Shown here: positions 28,856 to 37,645 of the stretch, piece by piece
Numbering within the stretch: position 1 is the stretch's first letter
Layout of the letters: the number at the start of each line of letters is the position of its first letter
Notes under the pieces: model-generated
The model's database searches: none
What the model was told of the DNA's origin: nothing
The model's input: the letters and a program-made list of their open reading frames with translations, nothing else
Program-made: the position numbers and the translations under genes
DNA from: Drouetiella sp.
GTDB taxonomy: Bacteria > Cyanobacteriota > Vampirovibrionia > Obscuribacterales > Obscuribacteraceae
Assembly (NCBI GenBank): GCA_036702965.1
Contig: DATNPZ010000001.1
Coordinates: forward strand, 70,313 to 134,312
Direction of reading: 5' to 3'
DNA: 64,000 nt

Positions 28856-29485
28856 TTATCGGACAGCGAGTTCTTGCGCTTTCTGGCTATAGCTTTGCAT
28901 CAAATTAGCATAGGCCGGAAGATGGTTCGACAATAACGCACCAAGTCCTTCGATATCATTACGCCAGTCACGGTGCAACTCACAAGCAACGCTAAACCAG
29001 TTCATCAGCTGCGCTCCGGCAGCACTCATACGCTCCCAGGCTGCATCTCGCACGGTGGTGTTGAAAGTGCCTGACGCGTCCGTCACCACGAAAACTTCGA
29101 ATCCTTCTTCGAGTGCAGACAGCGTTGGGAACGCTACACAAACGTCAGTTACAACTCCGGCAACAATCAACTGTTTCCGCCCAGTCTTTTTGACTGCTGC
29201 AACGAAGTCTGCGTTATCCCAGGCGTTGATCTGACCAGGTCTCGCGATATAAGGGGCATCCGGAAACTTAGCTTTCAACTCTGGAACGAGCGGACCGTTT
29301 GGACCCTGCTCGAAACTAGTAGTCAAAATTGTAGGTAGTTTGAAAAATTCCGCGATATCAGCCAGGGCCAGAACATTGTTTTTAAATTCGTCTGGACCGA
29401 AGTCACGCACTAAAGAGAGTAGTCCAGCCTGATGATCGATCATCAAAACGACGGCTTTATCTTTATCCAACTTGTTATATTTCAT
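28856..29485 (-). CDS. ycaC: Isochorismatase-family hydrolase, YcaC-like
   Basis: 209 aa. Long stretches are collinear with my recollection of E. coli YcaC, including VDHQAGLLSLVRD, PTILTTSFE.GPNGPLVPELKA.FPD.PYIARPG.INAWDN and CELHRDWRNDIEGL. Confidence 0.9.
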   Translation of the reverse strand: MKYNKLDKDKAVVLMIDHQAGLLSLVRDFGPDEFKNNVLALADIAEFFKLPTILTTSFEQGPNGPLVPELKAKFPDAPYIARPGQINAWDNADFVAAVKKTGRKQLIVAGVVTDVCVAFPTLSALEEGFEVFVVTDASGTFNTTVRDAAWERMSAAGAQLMNWFSVACELHRDWRNDIEGLGALLSNHLPAYANLMQSYSQKAQELAVR

Positions 29486-29533
29486 GGGATCTCCAATGTG
29501 AACGGTGTTTCCAAAAGCAGGTGAAACGAAGTA

Positions 29534-30103
29534 TCAAACGATCCGCAGAGTTGTCTGCGTCAAGGATTCAAGCAAACTGCTTTTGTTCTCTGTGTAGTTA
29601 TCCATTGCTTCTTTCAGCGCAGAGATAGCCATCTCAGGGCCGAGAAAGTCTTCAACAGTAACCGATTTATGCTCGAGTATTTTGTAATCCTCGAAAAAAC
29701 GTTTGACTTGCAACAACCGATGCGGCGGTAATTCACGAATAGAATCATAGTGAGCAAATTCAGCATCATCGACGTGAACCGCGATGATTTTGTCATCGAG
29801 TTCACCTTGATCGATCATTTTCATCAAACCGATAGGTTTGGCACGCACAAGGCAGAGTGGCATGAGAGGCTCCTGTCCGAGGACCAAGACATCCAGAGGA
29901 TCGTGATCGTCGCCTAGAGTTTGCGGAATGAATCCATAGTTTGCCGGATAGTGAACCGAACTGAACAGAATGCGATCGACGCGCAACAAGCCGCTTTTCT
30001 TATCCAATTCGTACTTCACATTCGAGCCCATCGGCACTTCAATTACAGCCGTAAATCTCGATGGTGCGTCTCGTCCTAACTCAACGTCATGCCAGGGGTG
30101 CAT
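29534..30103 (-). CDS. ppa: Inorganic pyrophosphatase
   Basis: MHPWHDV...[55 protein letters not shown] is the family I PPase signature. The ORF track extends to 30148. Confidence 0.9.
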   Translation of the reverse strand: MHPWHDVELGRDAPSRFTAVIEVPMGSNVKYELDKKSGLLRVDRILFSSVHYPANYGFIPQTLGDDHDPLDVLVLGQEPLMPLCLVRAKPIGLMKMIDQGELDDKIIAVHVDDAEFAHYDSIRELPPHRLLQVKRFFEDYKILEHKSVTVEDFLGPEMAISALKEAMDNYTENKSSLLESLTQTTLRIV

Positions 30104-30192
30104 GCAATTCTCCTCGTCGTGCCTAATACCAACAACCCAAAAGAGCACCGCTCACATCGGTGCTCCTCAAGGTACAAAACTGTCGCTCGAAA

Positions 30193-30588
30193 CTATTTGG
30201 CTACCCATCCGAACAACGAAATCATGTTTCCATCGGGATCTCTTAATTCGGCTGACATCCCGGTTTTATCAGGTCCGGCTTCACAGACCTCTTTAGGTTC
30301 CGTGACAAACTTAATGCCGGCGGATTTCAACTCTTTTACAGTTTCTTCAAATTTTTCCACTGTAAACACAGGTGTCGGCATGTTTTCAGCGGCAGAAACT
30401 TTGCCCTCTTTGATGCTATGAAGCGCCAGTGTCGCGGCTCCGGTTTCGAATTCAACCCAGCCCTGGTCATCTACTTTCAGAGTCAGACCGAGAGTGTCTC
30501 TGTAGAATGGGACTGCGGCTGCAGTGTCCTTGACATACAAAATCACATAGCCAAGGGTTCCGATATTGACATTGGTCTTAACGGGCAT
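30193..30588 (-). CDS. VOC / glyoxalase-family protein
   Basis: GYVILYVKDTAAAVPFYRDTLGL...DPDGNMISL is a VOC pattern. A GGAGG RBS lies 6 nt upstream of the ATG at 30588. The ORF track extends to 30633. Confidence 0.75.
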   Translation of the reverse strand: MPVKTNVNIGTLGYVILYVKDTAAAVPFYRDTLGLTLKVDDQGWVEFETGAATLALHSIKEGKVSAAENMPTPVFTVEKFEETVKELKSAGIKFVTEPKEVCEAGPDKTGMSAELRDPDGNMISLFGWVAK

Positions 30589-30726
30589 GACTGTTCCTCC
30601 AGCAATTGAGCAAAGATCATAGATCTTTTGCACAAGCCAAACATGAAACGTCCAGATGCACTGTTAATCTGCGTTACAGCCTGTCGAATATCGCGTGCAA
30701 CTTCACAATTCCATCGAAAGGTTTCC

Positions 30727-31482
30727 TCAGGACTTGTCCGACCGTCTACTCTTTAACTTGTCCTGGAAAACTTGACTGATGAAGGCTGAAACGACCTCTT
30801 TATCATTGTCTTCGGGGCAGAAAGCTTCTTTGCACGCTATACGGTTGATCGACTTCTTACATGAAATAACAGAGGACGACACGTTAGCACAAATACGTTT
30901 TGCATAAGTATCCGTCGTAGTCTTCAAGTTCGCAGCGGGCACCACTGTGTTGACGAGTCCCATATGGTACGCCTCAGAGGCGTTGATGGAGTCGCCGAGA
31001 AGAAGCAATTTTTTTGCGTTTGCGGGTCCCACAAGCTCAACTAAACGTGCCACTGTTGTGTCGTCGAGAGCTAAACCAAGCCTTGCTACAGGCACAGCGA
31101 AGTTGGATTCTTCCGATGCAACACGCAAATCGCAAGCGCTTGCAAGTAAACATCCACCACCGAAGCAGACTCCGTGGATCATCGCTATCGTCGGAAGCTC
31201 GAAGTTGTAGACGGCGCAAAGCGAATCACGAATCGCGTGCCAATGCTCTCGAGCCTCATCAAAACTGGTCAATTTCGCGGCTTCTGCAGTGTTTGCTCCA
31301 GACGAGAAATCATCGCCTTCTCCACTAATAACGACACAACGCGCACCTTCCTGCTGAAGTTGTGCCATCGCCTGTGGTAGCGCCTGCCACATCTCCTTGT
31401 TAATCGCATTGTGCTGTTCCGGTCGGTTCAGCAGAATATGCCCAATATGATCATTTAGAGACGGAATGATTCCAGGATTCAC
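30727..31482 (-). CDS. Enoyl-CoA hydratase/isomerase (crotonase) family protein
   Basis: 251 aa. LNRPEQHNAI...VVISGEGDDFSSGAN...AMIHGVCFGGG is a crotonase fold signature. Confidence 0.85.
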   Translation of the reverse strand: MNPGIIPSLNDHIGHILLNRPEQHNAINKEMWQALPQAMAQLQQEGARCVVISGEGDDFSSGANTAEAAKLTSFDEAREHWHAIRDSLCAVYNFELPTIAMIHGVCFGGGCLLASACDLRVASEESNFAVPVARLGLALDDTTVARLVELVGPANAKKLLLLGDSINASEAYHMGLVNTVVPAANLKTTTDTYAKRICANVSSSVISCKKSINRIACKEAFCPEDNDKEVVSAFISQVFQDKLKSRRSDKS

Positions 31483-31584
31483 TTAAGCTCCTCGCTATCG
31501 ACCAAACATTTTTGCACCGCAGTCAATATTACTACAACCAAGTCCAGGCTCAGCCTCCAGCCCTGAGTCTAACCTCCCCTCAGC

Positions 31585-31608
31585 GAATTTAGCGATATCT
31601 CCTAATTT
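31585..31608. repeat. Dispersed palindromic element copy (upstream flank of the IS1595-derived gene)
   Basis: The sequence is gaaTTTAGCGATATCTCCTAAttt. It lies 84 nt upstream of the ATG at 31692. Confidence 0.7.
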
Positions 31609-31691
31609 ATTGGCGTCTCAAATCAACGTCGTTTTCTTTGAACTTTTTACAGGCTTGCTGCGTAGTTGTTTATACGTATGGAGAACTGCCT

Positions 31692-32789
31692 ATGAAAAAT
31701 TCTAATTCCAACCCCAAGACCCAAAACAAAGGCACCAGAAAGGAGAAAATCAAATTAGGAAAAAGAGCTCAGTTCAACCAAAAACAACAGCGTAAATTTT
31801 TCGCTGCAATGCGACGGCTCGAGAGAGAATTTCCAACAGACGCGTCTTGCATAGATAAAATCTACCAGATGGTGATAAAGAAAAAGAGCTGCAAACGCTG
31901 TCACGGAAAACAATTCAACCATCAATCGGGCTCCCGAAAAGCCTACTGTAAAGGGTGTGATGAAGGAATGAGCTTCACAGCAGGTGACACTATTTTTTCT
32001 CACATGAAAAAAGTGCGACCATTCTTTTCAATGGTGATGCTGACCTTGCGCGGAGTGCCATTCAATCCATATCAAATACACAAGTATTTAAAAACCAAAT
32101 CTTATTCACCAAATTGGAAAGCACATCGGCGCATTATGGGCGCTGCACTTGAAGAACTGAAGAAAAAGAGCAAGAAAGTTTCGTCTTTTCTCTTTAACGC
32201 AGTTATCCAGAGACGCAGCGTGGAGACCGCGGCACGGCAACATCCAACTACTGAGCAAGTTAGCGAATTACGCTCTCAGTTTAAGAAAAAGGGGAAGCAT
32301 TGGTTCGAGAAAAAGATCATGGAATTCTGGGGCGAAACAGATTTGGATGCCGAGCACGCACGAGAAATAGCTGACTACCGCAAGGTTTATGACCTATTGG
32401 CAGATGGCCCATTGTCGCTTGAACAGATTATCGAAAAAAGTGATTTGCCGGTCGCAACACCGTTAATTGCGGTGAATATTCTGCTCGTGTGTAATTTGCT
32501 CCGAAAGACAAACAATGGACTATACGAGCACAATGACACAGCCACAGATGCACTAGATCTTCAAGATACGACACTGATTGTGAAGGTATCCGGTGCAATC
32601 GAGTTCATCGATTTTTTGTTTCAAGGCGTTAGCCGCAGATACATTCAGCTTTATACAGCTTCGTACTGGTGTTTTTCTGAACATTCAAGGAAGAAGAGGG
32701 CGAATCTTTTAAATCAATTTTGCACCAATAAATACAACGTCGCGAACATAGAAAATTATGTATCTCCACTATTGATCGATGTTGCTTAA
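31692..32789 (+). CDS. IS1595-type transposase N-terminal (Zn-ribbon + HTH) homologue without DDE domain; C-terminal winged-helix-like segment
   Basis: FPTDASCIDKIYQ...CKRCHGKQFNHQSGSRKAYCKGCDEGMSFTAGDTIFSHMKKVRPFF...SYSPNWKAHRRI follows the Zn_Tnp_IS1595 pattern (CxxC...YxCxxC..S.TAGTIF...K...WF...Y.TAW). No DDE-type acidic triad region (DExYxGG) follows. GGAGA lies upstream of the ATG at 31692. The ORF track starts at TTG 31638. Confidence 0.6.
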   Translation: MKNSNSNPKTQNKGTRKEKIKLGKRAQFNQKQQRKFFAAMRRLEREFPTDASCIDKIYQMVIKKKSCKRCHGKQFNHQSGSRKAYCKGCDEGMSFTAGDTIFSHMKKVRPFFSMVMLTLRGVPFNPYQIHKYLKTKSYSPNWKAHRRIMGAALEELKKKSKKVSSFLFNAVIQRRSVETAARQHPTTEQVSELRSQFKKKGKHWFEKKIMEFWGETDLDAEHAREIADYRKVYDLLADGPLSLEQIIEKSDLPVATPLIAVNILLVCNLLRKTNNGLYEHNDTATDALDLQDTTLIVKVSGAIEFIDFLFQGVSRRYIQLYTASYWCFSEHSRKKRANLLNQFCTNKYNVANIENYVSPLLIDVA

Positions 32790-32825
32790 AACCGCGGGTG
32801 ATAGTGGCATGCACGCATTGCTTGC

Positions 32826-32849
32826 AAATTAAGAGATATCACTTAATTT
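32826..32849. repeat. Dispersed palindromic element copy (downstream flank of the IS1595-derived gene)
   Basis: The sequence is aaaTTAAGAGATATCACTTAAttt. It lies 37 nt after the stop at 32789. Confidence 0.8.
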
Positions 32850-32909
32850 AGCCGATCTGTACAGGGAGGTCGAAAGGCAGATTGCAGAGTGGATTCGAAT
32901 CATTACTTG

Positions 32910-34682
32910 CTATCGTCTCGCGATAGCGCGCAGCTCTTCTGCTTTATTCAAATCACCCTGTCCAGCGCAAATATCTGCCAGAGACAAATATGTCCCAGTC
33001 AACAAAGGATCATGTGGATAACACTTTGTTTGGCGAATAGCCAGTGCCTGTTCCAACTCAACTCTTGCAGCTCGAAGGTCGTTCTTTTCTCTAAACATCC
33101 ATGAGAGATTCTCATAGGCAAAAGCAACGCCGAGGTCTGCCTCTCCGAGCTTACTGACCTTATTTGCCAGACTCATCCGGAAATACTTTTCGGACTTTGC
33201 AAAATCTTTGGACAGCTTGAAGTGGAAAGCTAAATCGTTGTACGTGTCTGCAAGTTCAACTGAATCTACACCAAATATAGTGGCACGCTTTTCAATCACT
33301 TGTTGATAGAGAACCTCAGCCTCATCATAACGACCCAAGTGCGTCAACAAACAGGCATAGACGTTTTCGGCATAAAGACATTTTGGGTCGTTTGCAGGCA
33401 AATTGTTGCCATAAATAGCGCGCGCTTCCAGAAGAAGCGCTTCAGCTTGCTGGTACATTTGCATGACATCGTAGAGAGTGCCCAAATCAAGAAGACTTTC
33501 AGCAAGAGTAAGCGGCTCAAAGTTATTGAGTCTTTTCGACTCAACGACGCGCTCATACAGAGCCATCGCCGACTTAGTGTCGCCACTCCACCTAGTTGAA
33601 TAAGCCATTCCGCTAAGCACAGGCAAAACTCGCAAAGGTTGAGCATCTGAATTCGCTTCGATCAATTTCAAGTACGCGCTCAATATTCGAAGCGCTTGCG
33701 CATGAAGTTGTTTGTCCTGCAACCTGCGGACGGCGACAGAGACGACGTAATCAAGCTGTGCGTCATCAATGCCTTTGTCAGTTACCAACATTGCTTTGCA
33801 AAACCACCGAACCGCTCCATCAAAATCTTGCTGCAGTTCAGACTGCTCACCTTGATTCCACAAATCCTTGAACGTCTCGTTTTCGAGTGGCGCATTTGCA
33901 TCCGACCACGACTTGAAGTGTGGACAAACAGGACGCTGATCCGGCAGCACTCCGCGAAGATAGTCCATGTTTCTACCGTTGTATATCTCAGGTCGGCGAC
34001 GCTCGTACCACTCATCCCAAAGAGGCGGGCGTCCGTCGACTGCTCTCAAATCGTAGCCGGCCTGATCGCTGTTCATGACGAACATTTGTGCAATAGGTTC
34101 GCCTTTTTGAATAGTAAATTTTCCGGGCTTATTAGCCAAACAAACAATGCCAAACTCAGAAGGCGACCACCATGATTCGATCATCGCCTCTAGCACAGTG
34201 AACGGCTGCCTGAGCTGGTTTGCGACACCTTTGATGTAAACGAAATCACCCAGTCTTTTTGTTCTTGCAATAAATTTGGTCTGCACTGTAAAACTACCGT
34301 GCGCAGAGTGAGTATCGATTACACAGTGACTAGCAGCATCGCTTATCGTGACTACACAATCATGCGTTTGCTCACCATCCCACTCAACTGTAAAAGTAGC
34401 CGGCGAAAGGATGTAGTAGCCTAATCCGCTCGCCATCGTCAACGGCAAACAGAATCTAGCGTGCATCTTCGTTTTCTCGTCAGCTTCCCACCACTGACGC
34501 AACATCTTTGCTTTAGTTGGCAGAAGCGACTTGTCATAGTTCGGCGGGAGAAAAAGCGTTATCGCTTGATCTAGCAACTCTTGGTTCATCTGAGCAATTT
34601 GCTCGGGACCAAATTTGGGCTTCTCCGACGTCTCTGCTTCATCGCGAGCCGGACATTTTCTTTTATCGTTATCGCTTCGCAT
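32910..34682 (-). CDS. Hypothetical protein: N-terminal ~270-aa globular domain of unknown function fused to C-terminal TPR repeats
   Basis: 590 aa. The C-terminal half has kinesin-light-chain-like TPRs (LAESLLDLGTLYDVMQMYQQAEALLLEA..., LADTYNDLAFHFKL...). The N-terminal domain (FCLPLTMASGLGYYILSP...) may be DUF6065-like, but I cannot verify that. Confidence 0.5.
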   Translation of the reverse strand: MRSDNDKRKCPARDEAETSEKPKFGPEQIAQMNQELLDQAITLFLPPNYDKSLLPTKAKMLRQWWEADEKTKMHARFCLPLTMASGLGYYILSPATFTVEWDGEQTHDCVVTISDAASHCVIDTHSAHGSFTVQTKFIARTKRLGDFVYIKGVANQLRQPFTVLEAMIESWWSPSEFGIVCLANKPGKFTIQKGEPIAQMFVMNSDQAGYDLRAVDGRPPLWDEWYERRRPEIYNGRNMDYLRGVLPDQRPVCPHFKSWSDANAPLENETFKDLWNQGEQSELQQDFDGAVRWFCKAMLVTDKGIDDAQLDYVVSVAVRRLQDKQLHAQALRILSAYLKLIEANSDAQPLRVLPVLSGMAYSTRWSGDTKSAMALYERVVESKRLNNFEPLTLAESLLDLGTLYDVMQMYQQAEALLLEARAIYGNNLPANDPKCLYAENVYACLLTHLGRYDEAEVLYQQVIEKRATIFGVDSVELADTYNDLAFHFKLSKDFAKSEKYFRMSLANKVSKLGEADLGVAFAYENLSWMFREKNDLRAARVELEQALAIRQTKCYPHDPLLTGTYLSLADICAGQGDLNKAEELRAIARR

Positions 34683-34762
34683 TCATTCCTTCAACACGCG
34701 GCACGGCGCTATTTCACGCGATGCGGCACGGGCTCCTTCACCACGATGCAGCCCAGCGTAAA

Positions 34763-35245
34763 TTACTTTGGCAAATCAAATGAAACTGGGTCGCCAACTT
34801 TGACGTTGTGTCTCTTCGCAAAACCTGCAGACACCTCGACTACTTGATTGACTTCAAGACCGGCTCCCTCTGGATATGTCGGGCAATCGCGTTCACTCTG
34901 AGCGCGGCAAGGTGGAACATTCTCGAACACCTTGATCACTTTTCCGTTTTTGACGAAAACCATGTCTAAAGAGATGAAGCAGTGCGCCATCCAAAAATTG
35001 ACTGGACGCGGCGGCTGGAAGAGAAAAACCATTCCCTGGTCTTCTGGCAGCGAAGTGCGATACATCAAACCGCGCTCGATCTCGGCCTCGCTTGCAGCTA
35101 CTTCTAACTTCACCTCAGTGTCACCCAGTTTCACCGTAGGCGCCTTGGCCTGAGCGGCTTGAGCCAGGGGCAACGCCGTCAAAATTGCTAACGCAGACAG
35201 AATAGCAACTTGACGCAAGAGATTTAGACGTTTCATAACCACCAC
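34763..35245 (-). CDS. DUF192 domain protein (secreted)
   Basis: Signal peptide plus GLMYRTSLPEDQGMVFLF...FWMAHCFISLDMVFV, the characteristic DUF192 core. Confidence 0.75.
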   Translation of the reverse strand: MVVMKRLNLLRQVAILSALAILTALPLAQAAQAKAPTVKLGDTEVKLEVAASEAEIERGLMYRTSLPEDQGMVFLFQPPRPVNFWMAHCFISLDMVFVKNGKVIKVFENVPPCRAQSERDCPTYPEGAGLEVNQVVEVSAGFAKRHNVKVGDPVSFDLPK

Positions 35246-36861
35246 ATTTTACTGAAAGGAGTGTGACCGTAGAGGAATTGTACCGTGTCAGTAAGCGTCC
35301 CACGCTTGCCAGGATAAGAGACGCTAGTGACGATACCAGAAGGGTCGATAACCGCAGAGATACCGGTGTTGGTAGAGAGTACGAGAAACCGCCCGTTCTC
35401 GACAGCTCGGAAGATTCCAGCCGCAAGAATTTGACGATCCAGCCTTGATTTGTGGAACCACCCAAGGTTCGACACATTGATAAGCAAATTGGCTCCGTGA
35501 CGAACCTCGTTCGAAATCAAGTGAGGATAAATCAACTCCACACAAATGGAAGTTCCAATTCCACCAAAAATACTGCGCAAAGGTCGAGCCGATTTGCTTT
35601 TCAAAAATCCTTCCGAAGTTAACGGTAAGCGGTTATTGATCTGCGCACCAATCGGACCAAGCGGCGCAAACTCACCAAACGGAACAAGGCGCTGTTTGAC
35701 GTACAAATTATCTTTTTGAGTTGGCGACCCAATCAGTCGTGCACCGTTTACGAGCCCATTTTGCATGGTCTCGATAGAACCAACCAGAATTTCCTTTTTC
35801 TCCCGGGTAGCGGCACCTTTAAGCCGAGCAGCGAGAAGACCAGGTGCCATCTGTCCGGGATTGATCAAGCCCTCCGGAAGCGCAATCACTGGGGCACCGA
35901 GGTTGGTTGCAAGTTTCGAGTAACGGTTCGCAATTTCAGTCGGAGTCGATGTCTTCAATCGATCCTCTTCTATTGTCACGTTTCCCTGCAACAATGAAAC
36001 TGGAACAGTCGGTGTTTGCTTGTAGAAGTTAGATTCGCTGCTTGGTCGGGTCGTCAGTGCAGTTTCTTCAATCTGAGAGGATCCCCAGGTAACAGCTCCT
36101 ACCACCACCACCAGTACCACTAAAGCATCAACAAAGCATCCCGCCTTCGGCGAAATCTGATCGACCCGTCCTTGAATTTTTTGAGCAAGACCGCTCAATT
36201 CCAAAAATATTTCGGCAGTCACACAGTTGGCTAATATCAGCAAGAAATCCACTAGCCCGCTGCCACCAAGCTTGGCGATTTGAATCAATTCAGTTTGCTT
36301 AGACTGAGAGTAAGCAAGCTGACTGACAGGCATACCAATGAAGAGTTCCGACGTCCCAATCGCCCACTGTAAAAATACCCAGAGTAGTGGAACACTCAAG
36401 AGATACGGAAAAAATGGACGTTTAAAATGTGGAAAGTAACCCGCCCTTAGTGGCAAACAAAAAACCATCAGAGCGAAGGCACCGATCAACAGAGCCTCAT
36501 GCACAGACTCAACCAACCAGACTAATCCTGCTGCTTGAATGGCGAGCCAGTCATCGAGCCCCAACCATCGCAGCGGAAACAGTCCAAGAAACCAGCTCAA
36601 AGAGACAAGATAGTATCCGACACCAAAACTCAATCCTGTGAGAAATGCTTCCATTCTGGTGGCACATCCGCGTAGTAGCACCAGAAGTGGTGCTACAGCG
36701 AACCACGCCAGCCACCAGTGATCGAAGCCCGGACTGCTCAATCCGAGCAGACATCCGAAAGCAAAAGAGAACGGCAACTTCTCATACGAGGTGAAACGTT
36801 GAAGCCAGGCCGTCGTTGAGGTCGGCCCGAGATTCTCAATCAGAGTCTCACTAGTTTGCAT
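35233..36861 (-). CDS. lnt: Apolipoprotein N-acyltransferase
   Basis: 542 aa. A multi-TM N-terminal half is followed by a CN-hydrolase domain with ICVELIYP (catalytic Cys) and LLINVSNLGWF. Confidence 0.85.
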   Translation of the reverse strand: MQTSETLIENLGPTSTTAWLQRFTSYEKLPFSFAFGCLLGLSSPGFDHWWLAWFAVAPLLVLLRGCATRMEAFLTGLSFGVGYYLVSLSWFLGLFPLRWLGLDDWLAIQAAGLVWLVESVHEALLIGAFALMVFCLPLRAGYFPHFKRPFFPYLLSVPLLWVFLQWAIGTSELFIGMPVSQLAYSQSKQTELIQIAKLGGSGLVDFLLILANCVTAEIFLELSGLAQKIQGRVDQISPKAGCFVDALVVLVVVVGAVTWGSSQIEETALTTRPSSESNFYKQTPTVPVSLLQGNVTIEEDRLKTSTPTEIANRYSKLATNLGAPVIALPEGLINPGQMAPGLLAARLKGAATREKKEILVGSIETMQNGLVNGARLIGSPTQKDNLYVKQRLVPFGEFAPLGPIGAQINNRLPLTSEGFLKSKSARPLRSIFGGIGTSICVELIYPHLISNEVRHGANLLINVSNLGWFHKSRLDRQILAAGIFRAVENGRFLVLSTNTGISAVIDPSGIVTSVSYPGKRGTLTDTVQFLYGHTPFSKMWWL

Positions 36862-36975
36862 TGAAGTCGCTCATGATGCCAAAGACAATGTTACACTTTG
36901 TTTGCGTGTAGGTGATTTGTGGACGTTTAGTTTCCGGTTAGAAAGGCGATCATTCTGAAAAGTGAATCACATGGT

Positions 36976-37548
36976 TTGCGCATTCTCGGAATAGACCCTG
37001 GCACAGCCACAGTCGGATATGGCGTAGTGCAATCGTTTGGTGGCGGAGGCAAATCCTCGCTGCGTTATGTCACCTCTGGCATCATAAAGACAACGAATCG
37101 AGACACCACTGGCGACAGGCTCTCTATTATACGAGCAGATATGCTCGAACTTATCAGTCTATATAATCCTGATGTAGTTTCAGTCGAAGCAATTTTCTTT
37201 TTCAAAAATGCCAAAACTTTGGTGCCGGTTGCGCAAGCTCGAGGCGTAATTCTCGAAGCTGCCGCCAGCAGGAAGCTTCCGACATTCGAATATACGCCGA
37301 TGCAAGTCAAGCTGCATTTAACCGGATACGGTCGAGCCGAAAAATTGAGCGTGCAAACGATGATCGCTGAGCTCTTAAATTTGCCAGAAATAATCAAGCC
37401 CGACGATGCATCTGACGCGCTTGCCATCGCAGTATGTCATGCACGTATGTGTCCGATCCCTTATGTTGCAGAGGCTCCGGCAAAAGTGGACGAAGGACCA
37501 ATCAATGTCGCCGAAGCACCAATCAATGTCGCAGAAGCACCAATCTGA
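36976..37548 (+). CDS. ruvC: Crossover junction endodeoxyribonuclease RuvC with repeat-containing C-terminal tail
   Basis: (M)RILGIDPGTATVGYGVV and DASDALAIAVCHA are present. The start is a TTG at 36976. The tail ends GPINVAEAPINVAEAPI, encoded by a 21-nt tandem repeat. Confidence 0.9.
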   Translation: MRILGIDPGTATVGYGVVQSFGGGGKSSLRYVTSGIIKTTNRDTTGDRLSIIRADMLELISLYNPDVVSVEAIFFFKNAKTLVPVAQARGVILEAAASRKLPTFEYTPMQVKLHLTGYGRAEKLSVQTMIAELLNLPEIIKPDDASDALAIAVCHARMCPIPYVAEAPAKVDEGPINVAEAPINVAEAPI

Positions 37549-37645
37549 ATTCCGAAACAACAACAAACAACGATCGATGTCGCGGACTGCAGTTCGAACC
37601 AATCCAGCCCATGCTGTTAGTGTCTGAGCAACAATATTTCGCGGG

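Noticed and set aside
31585-32849. Active insertion sequence (IS1595 family)
   Set aside because: The encoded protein lacks any visible DDE catalytic region. The flanking sequences are self-palindromes shared with solitary sites, not a distinct IRL/IRR pair, and I could see no target-site duplication. I report it as a transposase-derived gene instead.
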